A stretch of DNA of 64,000 nucleotides from Candidatus Abzuiibacterium crystallinum (GTDB lineage: Bacteria; Omnitrophota; Omnitrophia; Omnitrophales; Abzuiibacteriaceae): assembly GCA_002787155.1 (NCBI GenBank), contig PCVY01000068.1:2426-66425 (forward strand), read 5' to 3'. Both the position numbers and the translations under genes were made by a program. Under the pieces are notes generated by a model, which was given only the letters and a program-made list of their open reading frames with translations, searched no databases and was not told the origin of the DNA. How positions within the stretch are numbered: the first letter of the stretch is position 1; every line of letters starts with the position of its first letter. Shown in pieces: positions 26,713 through 37,809 of this stretch.

Positions 26713-27591
26713 ATGATCATGCATGCAGAGCAGGATATCGAACGACAGTCAGGCGAGCAAGAGAAATCCGTTAATGTGCCTGCAAAAAAGAAAAGCGTGC
26801 CGGAAGGCTTGTGGACAAAATGTCCCCAATGCACACAAGTTATCTTTTCGAAAACGCTTGCCGAAAATCTTTCCGTTTGCCCTAAATGCCGGCATCACTT
26901 TGTGATTGGTGCCAAGGAAAGAATTGGACAGTTGATTGATGCCGGAACTTTTAATGAAAAATTTGCAAATTTAACCAGTCTTGATCCGCTTCGTTTTAAA
27001 GGTCCAAAATCTTACGCTGAGAAAGTGACACAGGATCAGAAGAAAACCGATCTAAAGGAAGCAGTAATTGTTGGTCAAGGAGAAATAAACGGAGTAAAAG
27101 CGGCTATCGCAGTAACCGATTCACGTTTTATCATGGGCTCGATGGGTTCGGTGGTAGGCGAGAAAATTACCCGATTAGTTGAATTTGCCGCTCAAAAGAA
27201 AATGCCGCTTATTATTGTTTCGGGCTCAGGCGGCGGTGCACGTATGTATGAAGGGGCGCTCAGTTTGATGCAGATGGCGAAAACATCCGGCGCGTTAGCT
27301 CGTTATAATAAAACGTCCCTGCCGTTTATTTCAGTGCTCACCAATCCCACGATGGGCGGCGTGATGGCAAGCTTTGCGTCACTAGGTGATTTTATTTTGG
27401 CCGAACCAAAAGCCCTGATAGGATTTGCAGGCCCGCGTGTGATTGAACAAACCATCCGGCAAAAACTTCCGCACAATTTCCAAACCTCAGAGTTTCTTCT
27501 CGAACATGGCTTAATTGACTGCGTGGTTGAGCGAAACGAACTTAAAAACAAGATTTCGAAACTCTTAGAATATTGCACAGGGACAAAATAA
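26713..27591 (+). CDS. accD: Acetyl-CoA carboxylase carboxyltransferase beta subunit
   Basis: GLWTKCPQC..CPKC zinc finger, GSMGSVVGEKI, GGARMYEG, GFAGPRVIEQT. Confidence 0.96.
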   Translation: MIMHAEQDIERQSGEQEKSVNVPAKKKSVPEGLWTKCPQCTQVIFSKTLAENLSVCPKCRHHFVIGAKERIGQLIDAGTFNEKFANLTSLDPLRFKGPKSYAEKVTQDQKKTDLKEAVIVGQGEINGVKAAIAVTDSRFIMGSMGSVVGEKITRLVEFAAQKKMPLIIVSGSGGGARMYEGALSLMQMAKTSGALARYNKTSLPFISVLTNPTMGGVMASFASLGDFILAEPKALIGFAGPRVIEQTIRQKLPHNFQTSEFLLEHGLIDCVVERNELKNKISKLLEYCTGTK

Positions 27592-27593
27592 AT

Positions 27594-28697
27594 ATGGCAC
27601 GAGTAACTTTGCAGGACGTCACTAAAATTTTTAGCGATTCCATTGTCGCAGTAAACCAAGTTAATTTAGAAATTAACGACAAAGAGTTTATGGTACTGGT
27701 CGGTCCCTCCGGCTGCGGAAAATCAACTACGCTGCGAATGGTGGCGGGTCTTGAAGAGATTTCAAAAGGAAAAATATTTATTGATGATGAATTTGTCAAC
27801 CACACACCTGCGAAAAATCGTGATATTGCGATGGTGTTTCAAAACTACGCGCTTTACCCGCACATGAATATTTATGAAAATATGGCATTTGGTTTAAAGT
27901 TAAGGCGGTTTCCAAAAAAAGAAATTGACCGGCGTGTTCATGAGGCAGCAGAGATTTTAGGTTTGTCTGATCGAATTAAACGAAAACCTAAAGAACTATC
28001 CGGCGGAGAGCGTCAACGCGTGGCGGTAGGCCGGGCGATTGTCCGGAAACCAAAAGTATTCTTGTTTGATGAACCGCTGAGCAATTTAGATGCCAAGCTA
28101 AGGGTTCAAATGCGTGCCGAAATTAAAAAATTACACAATCGGCTTCAATCTACCATGATTTATGTGACACATGATCAAGTGGAAGCGTTAACTTTAGGCG
28201 ATCGTATTGTGGTCATGAAGGATGGTCTGGTGCAGCAAGTGGACAGCCCGATTAGCTTGTATTCAACCCCAAAAAATAAATTCGTAGCAGGTTTTATCGG
28301 ATCACCGCCCATGAATTTCTTCACCGGCAGCATTGTCGCGCGTAACGGTGATTTATTTTTCCGCGACAAAGGTATCATGCTGAAAACGCTCAAACAGCAT
28401 CAGCCTGCATTGAAACGTTTTGTTGATCAGAATATTACTTTTGGGATTCGGCCGGAAGATATTTATGATAAACTTTTTGCGCAGGATGCGTCGGAAGAGT
28501 TCATGGTAACCGCAACCGTAGAATTGGTTGAGCCAATGGGTGCTGAAATTTTTATTTATTTCACGATTGGGCGGAATAACTTCATTGCTCGCGTGAGTAA
28601 TCAGGATACGGCGGTGGCTAACCAAGATGTGCAAGTTGTATTTGATATGTCAAAGGCACATTTTTTTGACGCAAAATCAGGCAACACAATTATTTGA
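27594..28697 (+). CDS. MalK/UgpC/MsmX-type sugar ABC transporter ATPase (stand-alone)
   Basis: GPSGCGKST, VFQNYALYPH, LSGGERQR, DEPLSNLDAKLR, C-terminal OB/TOBE domain; no permease adjacent. Confidence 0.93.
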   Translation: MARVTLQDVTKIFSDSIVAVNQVNLEINDKEFMVLVGPSGCGKSTTLRMVAGLEEISKGKIFIDDEFVNHTPAKNRDIAMVFQNYALYPHMNIYENMAFGLKLRRFPKKEIDRRVHEAAEILGLSDRIKRKPKELSGGERQRVAVGRAIVRKPKVFLFDEPLSNLDAKLRVQMRAEIKKLHNRLQSTMIYVTHDQVEALTLGDRIVVMKDGLVQQVDSPISLYSTPKNKFVAGFIGSPPMNFFTGSIVARNGDLFFRDKGIMLKTLKQHQPALKRFVDQNITFGIRPEDIYDKLFAQDASEEFMVTATVELVEPMGAEIFIYFTIGRNNFIARVSNQDTAVANQDVQVVFDMSKAHFFDAKSGNTII

Positions 28698-28805
28698 GAG
28701 GTCGGGGAGTTAATCTTATCAATCCCCGCTGGCTCAATTATTTAACATGTGATGTTTGGATGTGTCAACCGATGGTAGTTTTTCATCTGACAGGCATCGA
28801 GGTAG

Positions 28806-30248
28806 ATGGCGACCATAACTGTTGATCGCGACCAATCCAAAAGAACCACCTGCATCGTTGCGGCGGCCAGCATCACCGTTTTATTAATCATTTTATCTTT
28901 CCTGGCATTACGTCAGATCCAGTCCAATCCTCTTCGAGCCTATAGCAGCCTAGCCATTTATGGGATGGCCTGTTTTATTCCGCTGACACTTGCTTGGGTG
29001 GCTTATAACAAAGTCGGGATGGGAATTTTTGCTATTCTTGACAGCATTGGCGCAGTCGTTCATTCGATTGTGGCGGGGCAGTTTCTATTTCTATTTTTTG
29101 TTGCGGCTTACTTTATTTATTTTCTCTATGTGAATTGGATTGAGAAAATCATTACAGATGAGCTCGTTATACGAGAAATTGAAATTGAAAAACAGAATTC
29201 AGATAAGAATGATCTAGAGATCTTGTATAAGGAAAAAGGTAAAAGCATTAGTGTTTTCTTTGAAAAATATTCGACCTACTACAACTTGAGGCGTTTGGCT
29301 GACGAATTTGCTACCAGTTTAGATTTAGCACGATTGGGTGATATCATTGCCGAGCGTTCCCTCGAGTTTGTTCAAAAAGGCGATGTTTGTCTTTTATCCT
29401 TAGCTGACCTCGAGAGAGACACGATTTCACTGGTGGCATCTCACAGCACTGATCCTTCTTTTCACACCAAAAAGAAATTAGGGGATGTCTTTGATTTTTG
29501 GGTTTTACGTAACCGTCAGCATTTACTTGTTTCGGATAATCAAAAGGATTTCAGGTTTGATCTGAAAAAAATGCAGCAAATCGATCATATGCGGAGCGTG
29601 ATCATATCTCCTTTGCTTCACGAAGGCCGCGTTGTCGGAACTTTGCGAATTAATGCAAGATTGCCTGAGATCTTTAGCACAGATCATCTTCGATTGCTTG
29701 ACGCCATTTCAACTTTGGCTTCCTCAGCCTTATCAAACGCGATGCTTTATCAGAAAACAGAAGAGCTAGCGATTCGAGATTCGCTGACACAGCTGTATGT
29801 GCAGCGTTATTTTAAACAGAGGCTCAAACAGGAACATCGCCGGGCATTACTGACCAATCAGCCTTTGTCGCTTTTAATATGCGACCTTGATTTCTTTAAG
29901 CAGATTAACGATAAGTACGGTCATGCGATTGGCGATATCGTTTTGGCGCAAACTGCGCAGGTTTTTCGTCGATTATGCGATCACGGAATTGTTGCGAGAT
30001 ATGGCGGGGAGGAGTTCACTATTTTACTTCCGCAATCGACTAAAACAGAAGCCAAACAGTTGGCAGAGCGAATTCGCCAACAAGTTGCCAAAGAACGTGT
30101 TGAGATCCGTCGTGATGTTATCCCTGTTACCACTTCAATCGGGGTCGCCACATTGCCGGATGACACGCTTGACCAGGAAGAGTTAATACGAATTGCAGAC
30201 GAACGACTTTACCAGGCTAAGGACGCAGGCAGGAACCGGGTATGCTGA
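28806..30248 (+). CDS. Membrane-anchored GAF-GGDEF diguanylate cyclase
   Basis: N-terminal TMs, GAF (SPLLHEGRVVGTL), DSLT, DLDFFKQIND.YGH, RYGGEEF. Confidence 0.92.
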   Translation: MATITVDRDQSKRTTCIVAAASITVLLIILSFLALRQIQSNPLRAYSSLAIYGMACFIPLTLAWVAYNKVGMGIFAILDSIGAVVHSIVAGQFLFLFFVAAYFIYFLYVNWIEKIITDELVIREIEIEKQNSDKNDLEILYKEKGKSISVFFEKYSTYYNLRRLADEFATSLDLARLGDIIAERSLEFVQKGDVCLLSLADLERDTISLVASHSTDPSFHTKKKLGDVFDFWVLRNRQHLLVSDNQKDFRFDLKKMQQIDHMRSVIISPLLHEGRVVGTLRINARLPEIFSTDHLRLLDAISTLASSALSNAMLYQKTEELAIRDSLTQLYVQRYFKQRLKQEHRRALLTNQPLSLLICDLDFFKQINDKYGHAIGDIVLAQTAQVFRRLCDHGIVARYGGEEFTILLPQSTKTEAKQLAERIRQQVAKERVEIRRDVIPVTTSIGVATLPDDTLDQEELIRIADERLYQAKDAGRNRVC

Positions 30249-31684
30249 AACGTATTTTCATCATATTGGTGTTTATCTTCTTTTCTCTTCCGCAGTTATA
30301 TTTTGATTCGATGCAGGGGTTTCAGCTGGTGATTCTCTCTGCAGGATTCTTAATCGGCTTGATTTATGCCGTTAGCAATCGCGATCTACCGTTAACGGTT
30401 TCCATCGGAATTTTATTTCTTTTGAATGTGCTGCGGCATTGGACTGTTTTAACAGCTGAGTCTTGCGCGGGTCTCCTTTTAGTTTTCATAAGCACCATTT
30501 TAATTTGGTTTTACTACTTTAGATCACGACAAGAATATTTAAGATCACGTTTGACTCAAAAAGAACAAGACGCGAGTGACATGAACATCCTAAATAAGAA
30601 ATACAAATCTCGCGTGGAAAGTCTTAATCACTTAGAACATCAAGTCGGTGGATTGCTAGAACTCTTTGAAGTGGCAAAAGATTTTAACGAATGTCTTTAT
30701 TTTGACCAGCTGATGAATATTCTATCAAAACGGGTCAGAGAGCAATTACCTTTCAGCGCTTTTGAATTATATTTATTTTCTCAAAATCCTGACAATGAAA
30801 ATGCGGTAACGAAAATCATTCGCATCGGAAAAGGCAAGCTTCAGCCTGAACTTCTTGAAACGGTTAGCGCGGAAGAAAATCAGTTTGCTATTAAAATAAA
30901 GAAGATGGGGAAGGCTTACCGATTTGATGCGCCACGTCCCGCGCTTCAATTAAAACCGCACGATCACCGCATCGCTTATCCGATGTGGGTGTTTCCGCTT
31001 CAAGTAGAAGACCGCGTGATCGCAGTCATTTCAGTTGAAGGTGCTGCCATTGACGATTTCCCCAAATTCGAATTATTAGCATCACAACTAGCTTTGCAAG
31101 TGAAGAAGGTTAGTTTGTATGAAACCGTCAAAGAGCTGTCGATCGTGGATGGGTTGACAAAAGTTTACGTGCGTCGGCATTTCTTGGAACGGTTCGAAGA
31201 AGAGTTGAGGCGCGCGATCAAACGAAAGAGCACCGTGAGCGTTTTAATGTTAGACATCGATCATTTCAAAAGATATAATGACCAATTCGGACACTTAGTG
31301 GGTGATGGAACGCTCCGCGAAGTAGCGGCGGTCATTCGTGAATGTGTTCGAAAAGTAGATTTAGTTTCGCGTTATGGCGGTGAAGAATTTGTTATCGCCA
31401 TGCCTGGAATTAGCAGGAATTTGAGCATTGAAATTGCTGAAAGAATTCGCTCTGCGATTGCTCGGAAACGGTTTCGTTTGTATGATGAACATACGCAAGT
31501 AACCGTTAGTATCGGAGCTGCTTCTTTTCCGGATGATTTAGACCGGTCTCATACAAAAAAATTTCAGAGTGATCTGATTGTGGAATTAATACGCAAAGCT
31601 GACAAAGCCATGTATCGTGCAAAAGAAGACGGGCGAAACCGTGTTTGTAGTTATCAGCAGATTGATAAAGGGGGAACAGAATGA
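30242..31684 (+). CDS. Membrane-anchored GAF-like-GGDEF diguanylate cyclase
   Basis: N-terminal TMs, [29 protein letters not shown]. Confidence 0.92.
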   Translation: MLKRIFIILVFIFFSLPQLYFDSMQGFQLVILSAGFLIGLIYAVSNRDLPLTVSIGILFLLNVLRHWTVLTAESCAGLLLVFISTILIWFYYFRSRQEYLRSRLTQKEQDASDMNILNKKYKSRVESLNHLEHQVGGLLELFEVAKDFNECLYFDQLMNILSKRVREQLPFSAFELYLFSQNPDNENAVTKIIRIGKGKLQPELLETVSAEENQFAIKIKKMGKAYRFDAPRPALQLKPHDHRIAYPMWVFPLQVEDRVIAVISVEGAAIDDFPKFELLASQLALQVKKVSLYETVKELSIVDGLTKVYVRRHFLERFEEELRRAIKRKSTVSVLMLDIDHFKRYNDQFGHLVGDGTLREVAAVIRECVRKVDLVSRYGGEEFVIAMPGISRNLSIEIAERIRSAIARKRFRLYDEHTQVTVSIGAASFPDDLDRSHTKKFQSDLIVELIRKADKAMYRAKEDGRNRVCSYQQIDKGGTE

Positions 31685-32337
31685 AATTCTTCATTGATAC
31701 AGCCAATCTTGACGAAATAAAAGAAGCGTCGTCTTGGGGTCTTGTCGATGGGGTTACCACAAACCCCTCGTTAGTTAGCAAGGAAAATATCAGTTTTCAT
31801 GATCTGATTTCTCAAATTTGCCACTTAGTTGATGGTCCTGTCAGTGCCGAAGTTGTCGGAACAATTTATCAGGACATGTATCGAGAAGCGCATATTTTGG
31901 CTGATATTCATACAAATGTGGTGGTAAAGATTCCATTGATACCCGAAGGTTTAAAAACGGTAAAGTTATTAACCAAAGAGGGAATCAAAACCAATGTTAC
32001 ACTGTGCTTTTCAGCGACGCAGGCTCTCTTAGCTGCAAAAGCGGGCGCTACCTATATTAGTCCGTTTGTGGGAAGATTGGATGACATCTCGGCAAATGGA
32101 ATGGATTTGATCCGCGACATCAGGCTTATTTATAACAATTACCAGTATCAAACACAGATTTTGACTGCGAGCGCGAGAGGCCCTCTCCATATATTGGAAG
32201 CAGCCAAAATTGGTTCTGATGTTGTGACAATGCCCTTTAAGGTGATGATGCAATTAGCAAAGCACCCCTTAACTGATATTGGCCTTGAAAAGTTTTTAAG
32301 TGATTGGCGAAAGACGCAAGAAAACCAACCAGCTTAA
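31681..32337 (+). CDS. fsa: Transaldolase / fructose-6-phosphate aldolase (short family)
   Basis: [39 protein letters not shown] (Phe in SPF points to transaldolase activity). Confidence 0.92.
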   Translation: MKFFIDTANLDEIKEASSWGLVDGVTTNPSLVSKENISFHDLISQICHLVDGPVSAEVVGTIYQDMYREAHILADIHTNVVVKIPLIPEGLKTVKLLTKEGIKTNVTLCFSATQALLAAKAGATYISPFVGRLDDISANGMDLIRDIRLIYNNYQYQTQILTASARGPLHILEAAKIGSDVVTMPFKVMMQLAKHPLTDIGLEKFLSDWRKTQENQPA

Positions 32338-32348
32338 GTAAAAATTGA

Positions 32349-34715
32349 ATGGGTTTTAGGGATACTAACTTGAATCACCATAGCAATTTGCTTACCTCCC
32401 AAGTTTGGAAATGTCATTTCCTATTCCGTCTCACCTTATTTATTTTATTTGTTAGCGGCTTGATTTGTCCGGAAGTCATCTTGGCTGCTGAGCAGCAAAG
32501 CGAGCAAGCGGCTGAAAGGCAAAATGCGGAAATTGCACCTGAAAAAGAAGAAGCGAAAGTTGAAGCAGTTGCCGATAACTTAGAATATGTGAAAGATGAG
32601 AAAAAAATCATAGGAAAAGGCAACGTGGTGGTAACGCAGGAAGATATTCGGCTGCTTGCTGATTATGCGGAAGTTTTTACTGAAACAAAAAAAACGTACG
32701 CAGAAGGCCATGTCTCATTACTTCAGAATAAGGCGCGAATTTATGGCGAGCAGGCATTTTATAATTTTTCGACTAATCAAGGGTCATTTCCAAACGGAAA
32801 TGTTTCATATGCACCTTTTTATATCAGCGGTGAACAAATCGAGCAGGTTTCAAAACAGCAAGTAGATGTTTACCAAGCAATTATTACCACATGCGCGTTG
32901 CCGCATCCCCATTATGATTTAAAAGCAGACCGCGTTGTCGTTTATCCCGGAGATAAGATGATTGCGCGCAACGTCAAATTTAGAATCCTGAATGTTCCAG
33001 TTTTTTGGTGGCCATATCTCGTGATTCCGCTCAATGAAGAAACGGGACCTTTTGAGATTAGTTTTGGACAATCAAAGTCTTTTGGAAATTATGTTTTGCT
33101 AGGAAAAACATTTTCGGTTGTACCGCCGGTTGACGGACGCGAAATAAAAACCAAGTTTCACGTGGACCATTACCACAAGCGCGGTACAGCTGTTGGGAAC
33201 GAAACTTGGTATCACCTGGATAAAATCGGAGATGGTAATATAAAATTATACAACATCAAAGATGCGCGGGCTCCCGATCCGTTTTTCTTTGAAGAAGACG
33301 AGGGGTGGCGAAAGAAAAAAAGATACCGTGTCACTTGGAAGCATCGGACTGATTTTGACGAGCGTACCAATTTAATTGCGCAATGGAACCAATTTAGCGA
33401 TCCGCATGTGCTTAGCAATTTCTTTGATGAAGAATTTGATGAAGAGCCAATCCCGCAATCATTTGTCACATTTACTCGGAATGCTAAAAATTACGGACTT
33501 TTGGTAGATATGCAAATTCAGGCAAATAATTTTGATAACGTTTTGGAGCGGTTGCCGGAAATCCGTTTTAATTTAAATAGTACCGAGATTGGAGAGACCG
33601 GGTTTTACTATGACAACAGCATTAGCTATCAGAATTTGCATCAAATCACCCATTCGCAAAGCAGAGATCCATCGGATGGAGAAGGAAAGCGCCGGCTGGT
33701 GTCGGAAATAAGGCAGTCATTATCCGAGGCGCAAACCAGTCATCAAATTAGTCGACCGATGCGGTTATTCCGGTACTATGATTTTACACCGCACATTAGT
33801 TCGCAATGGATTTATGACAATCGCAACCATCTCGGGAAGCGTCATGTCATGCGCAACATCATTGGCATGGGTGCAGAAGCGAGTACGCGATTTTATCGTT
33901 ATTGGGATGTGCCAAAAGGTTCGTTTTTAGGCGGTATTCAAGCGGATCGTGTAAGGCATGTCGCTCGACCGATTGTTGAATATTCGGCAATTCGCCAAAG
34001 CACGACCCGTCCGGCCAATATTCATCCATTGGGTACTAATTCGCCCGTATCAGATGTTGTCAAATTTGGAATTGAAAATCGCATTCAAACCAAGTCCGGC
34101 AAGAGACGTGTTGACATTGTTAGTTTAAACACCTACGTCTATTATACTTTTAACGACGGGAACCGCGATTCACGATGGACCACAGGCACCATACAACTTA
34201 TTTTGAGGCCGTATTCATGGCTCCAGTATAAGTCAGAATGGACGGTTGATTTAAAGAAACATCGAACAACAGCCACCACGACGGATTTGGTTTTACATAC
34301 CAAATATGTGGATCTTCAACTGAATCACAGGGCTGTTTTTGCACCAAAAGATTCATTAGCCTCTGATTTATTTTTTCAACGGGAAACCAACACAATCACG
34401 CTTGATGCTGTGGGCCGGTTTAACGATCGCTGGACTTTTGGAACTTATGTTCGGTGGGAAGTGAAACGAATGTCGTTTAGAGAATATGAATGGCGCGTCA
34501 CACGTGATCTGCACGATTGGATGCTGACATTTGGGCAGAATTTTAAACATTCGGCAATCAACTGGTTGGACAACGAATTCTTTTTTGAATTAACATTAAA
34601 AGCGTTTCCCAGCACCCCGTTTAATTCTGGAGAACGGGCAGAATTTCCGGATGCCCGCATTGGAGAAAGTGTTTCCGGTGCCAATGTAGCGCCTCCTCCA
34701 AATTCGTTGCTTTAA
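32349..34715 (+). CDS. lptD: LPS-assembly protein LptD-like outer-membrane beta-barrel
   Basis: Signal-like hydrophobic segment, OstA jellyroll (ADNLEY..GKGNV), TTC..PHY, VPVFWWPY, ERLPEI, RDLHDW. Confidence 0.8.
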   Translation: MGFRDTNLNHHSNLLTSQVWKCHFLFRLTLFILFVSGLICPEVILAAEQQSEQAAERQNAEIAPEKEEAKVEAVADNLEYVKDEKKIIGKGNVVVTQEDIRLLADYAEVFTETKKTYAEGHVSLLQNKARIYGEQAFYNFSTNQGSFPNGNVSYAPFYISGEQIEQVSKQQVDVYQAIITTCALPHPHYDLKADRVVVYPGDKMIARNVKFRILNVPVFWWPYLVIPLNEETGPFEISFGQSKSFGNYVLLGKTFSVVPPVDGREIKTKFHVDHYHKRGTAVGNETWYHLDKIGDGNIKLYNIKDARAPDPFFFEEDEGWRKKKRYRVTWKHRTDFDERTNLIAQWNQFSDPHVLSNFFDEEFDEEPIPQSFVTFTRNAKNYGLLVDMQIQANNFDNVLERLPEIRFNLNSTEIGETGFYYDNSISYQNLHQITHSQSRDPSDGEGKRRLVSEIRQSLSEAQTSHQISRPMRLFRYYDFTPHISSQWIYDNRNHLGKRHVMRNIIGMGAEASTRFYRYWDVPKGSFLGGIQADRVRHVARPIVEYSAIRQSTTRPANIHPLGTNSPVSDVVKFGIENRIQTKSGKRRVDIVSLNTYVYYTFNDGNRDSRWTTGTIQLILRPYSWLQYKSEWTVDLKKHRTTATTTDLVLHTKYVDLQLNHRAVFAPKDSLASDLFFQRETNTITLDAVGRFNDRWTFGTYVRWEVKRMSFREYEWRVTRDLHDWMLTFGQNFKHSAINWLDNEFFFELTLKAFPSTPFNSGERAEFPDARIGESVSGANVAPPPNSLL

Positions 34716-34767
34716 TACCTCTCCATGACTGATCAAACATGAACGGGTTAGAAAAGGAATATTCATT

Positions 34768-36078
34768 ATGCAAATAGGTATTATTGGTTCTGGACATGTA
34801 GGGCTCGTAACAGGTGCTTGCTTTGCCGATTTAGGTCATGATGTGCACTGCATTGACTCGGATGAAAAGAAAATTCGATTGCTCAAAAAAGGCGGCTGTC
34901 CCATCTATGAACCGGAGCTTCACGACCTCATTAAACGCAGTGTTCTGCAAAAAAGACTTCGCTTTAGCCATCGAATTCGGGACGCGGTCGAGAATTGTGA
35001 TATTTTGTTTATTTGCGTTGGAACACCCACGAAAGAAACGGGCGAGACTGATTTATCCGCGGTGACGCAAGTGGCTGAGCAGATTGCGCACCACATGAAG
35101 AAATATACGTTAATTGTTGAAAAAAGTACGGTCCCTGTTGAAACTTGTCTGCATATTAAAAAGGTTATTCAAAAAAAGCTCAAACGGAAAATTGCTTTTG
35201 ACGTTGCTTCAAATCCCGAATTCCTACGGGAAGGCAGTGCGGTCCAAGATTTTTTTGTCCCGGATCGGATCGTGATCGGGGTCGATAGCAAAAAGGCAGA
35301 AGAGTTGCTGCGGATTGTCTACAGGCCGTTTAGAGCGCCTATCTTAGTGACTGATCCAAAAAGCTCCGAAATTATTAAACATGCTTCTAATTCATTTTTA
35401 TCGACTAAGATTTCATTTATTAATGCCATCGCGCGCCTTTGTGATGCGGTTGGAGCTGATGTCGGCAAGGTGGCGGAAGGAATGGGTCTTGATCCTCGGA
35501 TTAACCGCAGTTTCTTGAACGCAGGGCTCGGTTTTGGGGGTTTTTGTTTCCCTAAAGATTTAGCGGCTTTTATTCATATCGCTGAAAAGAATGGGGTTGA
35601 GTTTAACTTGTTAAAAGATGTTTTAACAATTAATCATGAGCAGAAAATGTATTTTGTCCGATTGGTCGAGAAAATGCTGGGTTCCTTAAAAGGGAAGAAG
35701 CTGGCGGTGCTAGGATTGTCATTTAAGCCCAACACGGATGATATGCGGTTTGCACCTTCGCTCGATATCATCCCGGCGCTACAGAAAAGAGGTGCGCAGA
35801 TCTCAGCATATGATCCGGTTGCCATCGCTGAATCACGCACTTATTTTAAGCAAGTTAAATTCACCTCTTCTGTTTATGAAGCTTGCCGAAAAGTTGATGG
35901 CATTCTTATTTTGACTGAATGGCGGGAATTTCAAGAGATGGATTTGAATCGGATAAGAAAAATTGTCAAAAAACCCGTTATTATTGATGGGCGCAATATG
36001 TACGATCCTCAAGTGATGCGGAAAAATGGGTTCAAATATCAGGGTATTGGAAAAGGATTCAAGTCCATTAAGAGGTAA
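34768..36078 (+). CDS. ugd: UDP-glucose 6-dehydrogenase
   Basis: GSGHVG, CVGTP, KSTVP, SNPEFLREG, GGFCFPKD, FKPNTDD.R. Confidence 0.93.
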   Translation: MQIGIIGSGHVGLVTGACFADLGHDVHCIDSDEKKIRLLKKGGCPIYEPELHDLIKRSVLQKRLRFSHRIRDAVENCDILFICVGTPTKETGETDLSAVTQVAEQIAHHMKKYTLIVEKSTVPVETCLHIKKVIQKKLKRKIAFDVASNPEFLREGSAVQDFFVPDRIVIGVDSKKAEELLRIVYRPFRAPILVTDPKSSEIIKHASNSFLSTKISFINAIARLCDAVGADVGKVAEGMGLDPRINRSFLNAGLGFGGFCFPKDLAAFIHIAEKNGVEFNLLKDVLTINHEQKMYFVRLVEKMLGSLKGKKLAVLGLSFKPNTDDMRFAPSLDIIPALQKRGAQISAYDPVAIAESRTYFKQVKFTSSVYEACRKVDGILILTEWREFQEMDLNRIRKIVKKPVIIDGRNMYDPQVMRKNGFKYQGIGKGFKSIKR

Positions 36079-36079
36079 A

Positions 36080-36832
36080 ATGACCGAATCAATTAAAGGT
36101 ATTATTTTGGCAGGCGGTTTAGGATCGCGTCTGTATCCGCTTACCAAAGTCACCAACAAGCATTTGCTCCCCGTTTATAACAAGCCAATGATTTTTTATC
36201 CGTTGGAAGCGCTGGTGCAAGCAGGTATTCATGATGTCATGCTCGTGACTGGCGGAAACTCGGCAGGTGATTTTATGCGGCTTTTAGGCAACGGGCATGC
36301 CTATGGTTTAAGAAGTCTCAGTTATGCTTATCAAGAAGGGGAAGGCGGTATTGCGCATGCTTTATCATTGACACGGGAGTTTGCAGGCGATAGCAAGGTA
36401 GCTGTTATTTTAGGTGACAACATTATTGAAGAAAATATAAAACCGTTTGTTTCAAAGTTCAGAAAACAAAAAAAGGGGGCACGATTACTGCTTAAAGAAG
36501 TTGATGATGCGCAAAGATTTGGCGTTGCAGAAATTAGGGGGAAGAAAATTATCCGGATTGTAGAAAAACCAAAGAATCCTAAAAGCCGTTTTGCGGTAAC
36601 TGGTATTTATTTTTTTGATAATCAAGTATACAAAATTACTCGAAATCTCAGACCTTCCGGGCGCGGTGAATTAGAAATCACGGATGTTAACAACAGTTAT
36701 ATTAAACAAGGTGCTTTAGAATTTGATGTTTTAAGGAAAAGCTGGACGGATGCCGGAACGTTTGAATCTCTATATCGCGCTAATCAGTTAGCACGAGCAC
36801 TGTCTTATCCTAGTCAGGCAAAACGTTCATGA
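36080..36832 (+). CDS. rmlA: Glucose-1-phosphate thymidylyltransferase (short RmlA/SpsI type)
   Basis: LAGGLGSRLYPLT..NKHLLPVY, LGDNI, EKP, RGELEITD, WTDAGT; start refined to ATG 36080. Confidence 0.9.
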   Translation: MTESIKGIILAGGLGSRLYPLTKVTNKHLLPVYNKPMIFYPLEALVQAGIHDVMLVTGGNSAGDFMRLLGNGHAYGLRSLSYAYQEGEGGIAHALSLTREFAGDSKVAVILGDNIIEENIKPFVSKFRKQKKGARLLLKEVDDAQRFGVAEIRGKKIIRIVEKPKNPKSRFAVTGIYFFDNQVYKITRNLRPSGRGELEITDVNNSYIKQGALEFDVLRKSWTDAGTFESLYRANQLARALSYPSQAKRS

Positions 36833-37809
36833 GCAGGTTTCTTGTTACCGGCGGTGCCGGTTTTATCGGTTCTAACTTTATCCGGCACCTTCTTGCCAAA
36901 GATCCGGACTGCTTCGTCATTAACCTCGATAAACTCACCTATGCAGGCAATTTGGCGAATCTAGAGAGTGTTAGTCAAAATCCTCGTTATCAATTTGTTC
37001 GCGGCGATGTCTGCGATACCTCCTTGGTTAGAAGGTTGATGGGGCAGGTTGACTGGGTTGTTCATTTTGCCTCAGAAACACACGTTGATCGTTCCATTGA
37101 TAGTGCCGAAGACTTTATTGAAACGAACATACGCGGCACTCAGGTTTTGCTTGATGCAGCCCGAGAGCAGTGCCACATTCACCGCTTCATTCATTTTTCA
37201 ACGGATGAGGTCTATGGGTCTACTGTCTCAGGAGAGTTCAGTGAAACATCCCGTTTTAATCCAAGCAGTCCTTATGCGGCCTCGAAAGCTGCCGGAGATC
37301 TTTTGGTGCAGGCGTATGTTAAAACTCACCGCACACCAGCTATTATTTTGCGAGGCTGTAATAATTTTGGTCCATACCAATATCCAGAGAAAGTAATACC
37401 GCTTTTTATTACCAATTTAATCGAAAATAAAAAAATACCTGTTTATGGCAATGGTGAAAATAGCCGGGAATGGATGTATGTAGAAGAAACTTGCCGTGCT
37501 ATATTATTCGTTTGTGATAAAGGGCAAATTGGGCAGGTTTATAACGTTGGGTCAGGGGATGAAATACGAAATATAGATTTGGCACGAAAACTTCTTAGCC
37601 TGCTCAAGAAAGACGAGACCAGCATTGCCTTTGTGAAAGACAGGCTGGGGCATGACTGGCGCTACAAATTAAACTCAAATAAATTGCGAAATTTAGGATT
37701 TGAGGTTTCCGGCAAATTTGACGTTCATTTAAGGGAGACGGTCGATTGGTATTTAGCCCAGAAGTCATGGTGGGGATCACTTAAAAAAGATGTTTACACG
37801 ATCAAATAA
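36829..37809 (+). CDS. rmlB: dTDP-glucose 4,6-dehydratase
   Basis: [44 protein letters not shown]. Confidence 0.95.
   Translation: MSRFLVTGGAGFIGSNFIRHLLAKDPDCFVINLDKLTYAGNLANLESVSQNPRYQFVRGDVCDTSLVRRLMGQVDWVVHFASETHVDRSIDSAEDFIETNIRGTQVLLDAAREQCHIHRFIHFSTDEVYGSTVSGEFSETSRFNPSSPYAASKAAGDLLVQAYVKTHRTPAIILRGCNNFGPYQYPEKVIPLFITNLIENKKIPVYGNGENSREWMYVEETCRAILFVCDKGQIGQVYNVGSGDEIRNIDLARKLLSLLKKDETSIAFVKDRLGHDWRYKLNSNKLRNLGFEVSGKFDVHLRETVDWYLAQKSWWGSLKKDVYTIK

Noticed and set aside
28704-28730. CGGGGA..TCCCCG hairpin after the ABC ATPase as a terminator or riboswitch
   Set aside because: Short stem, no U tract, and no recognisable c-di-GMP riboswitch motif.
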